Source: Escherichia phage DN1
Strand: one strand, 5' to 3'
Length of the DNA: 41,559 bases
Sequence record: MF374379.1
The notes beneath the pieces were generated by a model. It worked only from the letters and a program-made list of their open reading frames with translations. It was not told where the DNA came from and did not search any database. Positions 37,780-41,559 of this stretch are shown here, piece by piece. The translations under genes and the position numbers were made by a program. Numbering within the stretch: position 1 is the first letter of the stretch; each line of letters begins with the position of its first letter.

Positions 37780-37838
37780 TCCCGAAACAGTTCGCAGGTA
37801 ATAGTTAGAGCCTGCATAACGGTTTCGGGATTTTTTAT
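37780..37838 (+). terminator. tR' intrinsic terminator (3' end of the 6S transcript)
   Basis: Hairpin TCCCGAAAC...GGTTTCGGGA followed by TTTTTTAT. Confidence 0.8.
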
Positions 37839-38242
37839 ATCTGCACAACAGGTAAGAGCATTGAGTCGATAATCGTGAAGAGTCGGCGAGCCTGGTTAGC
37901 CAGTGCTCTTTCCGTTGTGCTGAATTAAGCGAATACCGGAAGCAGAACCGGATCACCAAATGCGTACAGGCGTCATCGCCGCCCAGCAACAGCACAACCC
38001 AAACTGAGCCGTAGCCACTGTCTGTCCTGAATTCATTAGTAATAGTTACGCTGCGGCCTTTTACACATGACCTTCGTGAAAGCGGGTGGCAGGAGGTCGC
38101 GCTAACAACCTCCTGCCGTTTTGCCCGTGCATATCGGTCACGAACAAATCTGATTACTAAACACAGTAGCCTGGATTTGTTCTATCAGTAATCGACCTTA
38201 TTCCTAATTAAATAGAGCAAATCCCCTTATTGGGGGTAAGAC

Positions 38243-38566
38243 ATGAAGATGCCAGAAAAACATGACCTGTTGGCCGCCATTCTCGCGGCAAAGGAACAAG
38301 GCATCGGGGCAATCCTTGCGTTTGCAATGGCGTACCTTCGCGGCAGATATAATGGCGGTGCGTTTACAAAAACAGTAATCGACGCAACGATGTGCGCCAT
38401 TATCGCCTGGTTCATTCGTGACCTTCTCGACTTCGCCGGACTAAGTAGCAATCTCGCTTATATAACGAGCGTGTTTATCGGCTACATCGGTACTGACTCG
38501 ATTGGTTCGCTTATCAAACGCTTCGCTGCTAAAAAAGCCGGAGTAGAAGATGGTAGAAATCAATAA
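38243..38566 (+). CDS. S: Holin/antiholin S (dual start, Met1 and Met3)
   Basis: 107 aa, [41 protein letters not shown]; three TM segments; no amber codon in the frame. Confidence 0.95.
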   Translation: MKMPEKHDLLAAILAAKEQGIGAILAFAMAYLRGRYNGGAFTKTVIDATMCAIIAWFIRDLLDFAGLSSNLAYITSVFIGYIGTDSIGSLIKRFAAKKAGVEDGRNQ

Positions 38567-39026
38567 TCAACGTAAGGCGTTCCTCGATATGCTGGCGTGG
38601 TCGGAGGGAACTGATAACGGACGTCAGAAAACCAGAAATCATGGTTATGACGTCATTGTAGGCGGAGAGCTATTCACTGATTACTCCGATCACCCTCGCA
38701 AACTTGTCACGCTAAACCCAAAACTCAAATCAACAGGCGCCGGACGCTACCAGCTTCTTTCCCGTTGGTGGGATGCCTACCGCAAGCAGCTTGGCCTGAA
38801 AGACTTCTCTCCGAAAAGTCAGGACGCTGTGGCATTGCAGCAGATTAAGGAGCGTGGCGCTTTACCTATGATTGATCGTGGTGATATCCGTCAGGCAATC
38901 GACCGTTGCAGCAATATCTGGGCTTCACTGCCGGGCGCTGGTTATGGTCAGTTCGAGCATAAGGCTGACAGCCTGATTGCAAAATTCAAAGAAGCGGGCG
39001 GAACGGTCAGAGAGATTGATGTATGA
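38550..39026 (+). CDS. R: Endolysin R (lytic transglycosylase)
   Basis: 158 aa, [39 protein letters not shown]. Confidence 0.95.
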   Translation: MVEINNQRKAFLDMLAWSEGTDNGRQKTRNHGYDVIVGGELFTDYSDHPRKLVTLNPKLKSTGAGRYQLLSRWWDAYRKQLGLKDFSPKSQDAVALQQIKERGALPMIDRGDIRQAIDRCSNIWASLPGAGYGQFEHKADSLIAKFKEAGGTVREIDV

Positions 39027-39484
39027 GCAGAGTCACCGCGATTATCTCCGCTCTGGTTATCTGCATCATCGTCTGCCTGTCATGGGCTGTTAATCATTAC
39101 CGTGATAACGCCATTACCTACAAAGCCCAGCGCGACAAAAATGCCAGAGAACTGAAGCTGGCGAACGCGGCAATTACTGACATGCAGATGCGTCAGCGTG
39201 ATGTTGCTGCGCTCGATGCAAAATACACGAAGGAGTTAGCTGATGCTAAAGCTGAAAATGATGCTCTGCGTGATGATGTTGCCGCTGGTCGTCGTCGGTT
39301 GCACATCAAAGCAGTCTGTCAGTCAGTGCGTGAAGCCACCACCGCCTCCGGCGTGGATAATGCAGCCTCCCCCCGACTGGCAGACACCGCTGAACGGGAT
39401 TATTTCACCCTCAGAGAGAGGCTGATCACTATGCAAAAACAACTGGAAGGAACCCAGAAGTATATTAATGAGCAGTGCAGATAG
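39023..39484 (+). CDS. Rz: Spanin inner-membrane subunit Rz
   Basis: 153 aa; N-terminal TM segment then coiled coil. Confidence 0.9.
   Translation: MSRVTAIISALVICIIVCLSWAVNHYRDNAITYKAQRDKNARELKLANAAITDMQMRQRDVAALDAKYTKELADAKAENDALRDDVAAGRRRLHIKAVCQSVREATTASGVDNAASPRLADTAERDYFTLRERLITMQKQLEGTQKYINEQCR
39243..39425 (+). CDS. Rz1: Spanin outer-membrane lipoprotein Rz1, embedded in Rz in the +1 frame
   Basis: 60 aa, [24 protein letters not shown] (lipobox) with a Pro-rich C-terminus; entirely inside Rz. Confidence 0.85.
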   Translation: MLKLKMMLCVMMLPLVVVGCTSKQSVSQCVKPPPPPAWIMQPPPDWQTPLNGIISPSERG

Positions 39485-39515
39485 AGCTGACCATATCGAT
39501 GGGCAACTCATGCAA

Positions 39516-39809
39516 TTATTTTGAGCAATACACACGCGCTTCCAGCGGAGTATAAATGCCTAAAGTAATAAAACCGAGCAATCCATTTACGAATGTTTGC
39601 TGGGTTTCTGTTTTAACAACATTTTCTGCGCCGCCACAAATTTTAGCTGCATCGACAGTTTTCTTCTGCCCAATTCCAGAAACGAAGAAATGATGGGTGA
39701 TGGTTTCCTTTGGTGCTACTGCTGCCGGTTTGTTTTGAACAGTAAACGTCTGTTGAGCACATCCTGTAATAAGCAGGGCCAGCGCAGTAGCGAGTAGCAT
39801 TTTTTTCAT
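39516..39809 (-). CDS. bor: Bor lipoprotein (serum-resistance-associated)
   Basis: 97 aa, MKKMLLATALALLITGCAQQTF (lipobox LITGC). Confidence 0.9.
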   Translation of the reverse strand: MKKMLLATALALLITGCAQQTFTVQNKPAAVAPKETITHHFFVSGIGQKKTVDAAKICGGAENVVKTETQQTFVNGLLGFITLGIYTPLEARVYCSK

Positions 39810-40098
39810 GGTGTTATTCCCGATGCTTTTTGAAGTTCGCAGAATCGTATGTGTAGAAAATTAAACAAACCCTAAACAATGAGTTGAAATTTCATATTGT
39901 TAATATTTATTAATGTATGTCAGGTGCGATGAATCGTCATTGTATTCCCGGATTAACTATGTCCACAGCCCTGACGGGGAACTTCTCTGCGGGAGTGTCC
40001 GGGAATAATTAAAACGATGCACACAGGGTTTAGCGCGTACACGTATTGCATTATGCCAACGCCCCGGTGCTGACACGGAAGAAACCGGACGTTATGAT

Positions 40099-40632
40099 TT
40101 AGCGTGGAAAGATTTGTGTAGTGTTCTGAATGCTCTCAGTAAATAGTAATGAATTATCAAAGGTATAGTAATATCTTTTATGTTCATGGATATTTGTAAC
40201 CCATCGGAAAACTCCTGCTTTAGCAAGATTTTCCCTGTATTGCTGAAATGTGATTTCTCTTGATTTCAACCTATCATAGGACGTTTCTATAAGATGCGTG
40301 TTTCTTGAGAATTTAACATTTACAACCTTTTTAAGTCCTTTTATTAACACGGTGTTATCGTTTTCTAACACGATGTGAATATTATCTGTGGCTAGATAGT
40401 AAATATAATGTGAGACGTTGTGACGTTTTAGTTCAGAATAAAACAATTCACAGTCTAAATCTTTTCGCACTTGATCGAATATTTCTTTAAAAATGGCAAC
40501 CTGAGCCATTGGTAAAACCTTCCATGTGATACGAGGGCGCGTAGTTTGCATTATCGTTTTTATCGTTTCAATCTGGTCTGACCTCCTTGTGTTTTGTTGA
40601 TGATTTATGTCAAATATTAGGAATGTTTTCAC
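40099..40632 (-). CDS. Uncharacterised right-end protein (matches the position of lambda p78)
   Basis: 177-aa ORF in an AT-rich segment; no motif I can assign. Confidence 0.6.
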   Translation of the reverse strand: MKTFLIFDINHQQNTRRSDQIETIKTIMQTTRPRITWKVLPMAQVAIFKEIFDQVRKDLDCELFYSELKRHNVSHYIYYLATDNIHIVLENDNTVLIKGLKKVVNVKFSRNTHLIETSYDRLKSREITFQQYRENLAKAGVFRWVTNIHEHKRYYYTFDNSLLFTESIQNTTQIFPR

Positions 40633-40794
40633 TTAATAGTATTGGTTGCGTAACAAAGTGCGGTCCTGCTGGCATTCTGGAGGGAAATACAACCGACAGA
40701 TGTATGTAAGGCCAACGTGCTCAAATCTTCATACAGAAAGATTTGAAGTAATATTTTAACCGCTAGATGAAGAGCAAGCGCATGGAGCGACAAA

Positions 40795-41001
40795 ATGAAT
40801 AAAGAACAATCTGCTGATGATCCCTCCGTGGATCTGATTCGTGTAAAAAATATGCTTAATAGCACCATTTCTATGAGTTACCCTGATGTTGTAATTGCAT
40901 GTATAGAACATAAGGTGTCTCTGGAAGCATTCAGAGCAATTGAGGCAGCGTTGGTGAAGCACGATAATAATATGAAGGATTATTCCCTGGTGGTTGACTG
41001 A
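40795..41001 (+). CDS. Small uncharacterised right-end ORF (matches the position of lambda p79)
   Basis: 68-aa [45 protein letters not shown]. Confidence 0.5.
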
Positions 41002-41165
41002 TCACCATAACTGCTAATCATTCAAACTATTTAGTCTGTGACAGAGCCAACACGCAGTCTGTCACTGTCAGGAAAGTGGTAAAACTGCAACTCAATTACT
41101 GCAATGCCCTCGTAATTAAGTGAATTTACAATATCGTCCTGTTCGGAGGGAAGAACGCGGGATGT

Positions 41166-41360
41166 TCATTCTTCATCACTTTTAATTGATGTATATGCTC
41201 TCTTTTCTGACGTTAGTCTCCGACGGCAGGCTTCAATGACCCAGGCTGAGAAATTCCCGGACCCTTTTTGCTCAAGAGCGATGTTAATTTGTTCAATCAT
41301 TTGGTTAGGAAAGCGGATGTTGCGGGTTGTTGTTCTGCGGGTTCTGTTCTTCGTTGACAT
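41166..41360 (-). CDS. Small ribbon-helix-helix-like ORF near cosR (hypothetical)
   Basis: 64 aa; RNIRFPNQMIEQINIALEQKGSGNFSAWVIEACRRRL fits a beta-strand / helix / helix pattern typical of Arc/CopG/ParD-type domains. Expression unknown. Confidence 0.4.
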   Translation of the reverse strand: MSTKNRTRRTTTRNIRFPNQMIEQINIALEQKGSGNFSAWVIEACRRRLTSEKRAYTSIKSDEE

Positions 41361-41499
41361 GAGGTTGCCCCGTATTCAGTGTCGCTGATTTGTATTGTCT
41401 GAAGTTGTTTTTACGTTAAGTTGATGCAGATCAATTAATACGATACCTGCGTCATAATTGATTATTTGACGTGGTTTGATGGCCTCCACGCACGTTGTG

Positions 41500-41559
41500 A
41501 TATGTAGATGATAATCATTATCACTTTACGGGTCCTTTCCGGTGATCCGACAGGTTACG
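41500..41559. other. cos: Right cos end (cosQ region and terminal bases)
   Basis: Window ends ...ACGGGTCCTTTCCGGTGATCCGACAGGTTACG, which I recognise as the right end of mature lambda DNA. Confidence 0.85.

Noticed and set aside
37678-37872. 64-aa ORF between Q and S
   Set aside because: Lies within the pR' leader / 6S transcript ending at the tR' hairpin; treated as part of the late leader rather than a gene.

Overview
This window is not a chromosomal locus but a complete cos-to-cos genome (41,559 bp) of a lambda-derived specialized transducing phage. I found no previously undescribed system. Nearly every base is explained by four collinear blocks, identified by reading the protein translations and DNA landmarks from memory, not by database search: (1) 1..21231, the lambda left arm: cosL, Nu1/A terminase, head genes W-FII, tail genes Z-J, lom and frameshifted stf, ending at a retained GAATTC. 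(2) 21227..22860, the distal lambda b region: an N-terminal fragment of the accessory P-loop ATPase Ea59, then the P arm and 15-bp core of the attachment site. (3) 22861..~32895, E. coli K-12-type chromosome to the right of attB: ybhB, a complete divergent bioA / bioBFCD operon with its operator, SOS-regulated uvrB, REP elements, ybhK, the Moco riboswitch and the first ~110 codons of moaA. This replaces int, xis, red, gam, kil, cIII and N. (4) ~32900..41559: a heterologous immunity module of the P22 c2 / phage 21 type (nutL, PL/OL, cI, OR, cro, nutR, hybrid cII), then lambda O with ori iterons, P, a ren-ninI fusion (nin5-type deletion), Q, pR'/6S/tR', S, R, Rz/Rz1, bor, right-end ORFs and cosR. 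The most interesting points are architectural: two deletion junctions that create chimeric ORFs, orphaned nut sites with no N gene, host Chi sites carried on a red- gam- phage, and a truncated phosphatase. No CRISPR array, tRNA, rRNA or IS element was seen.
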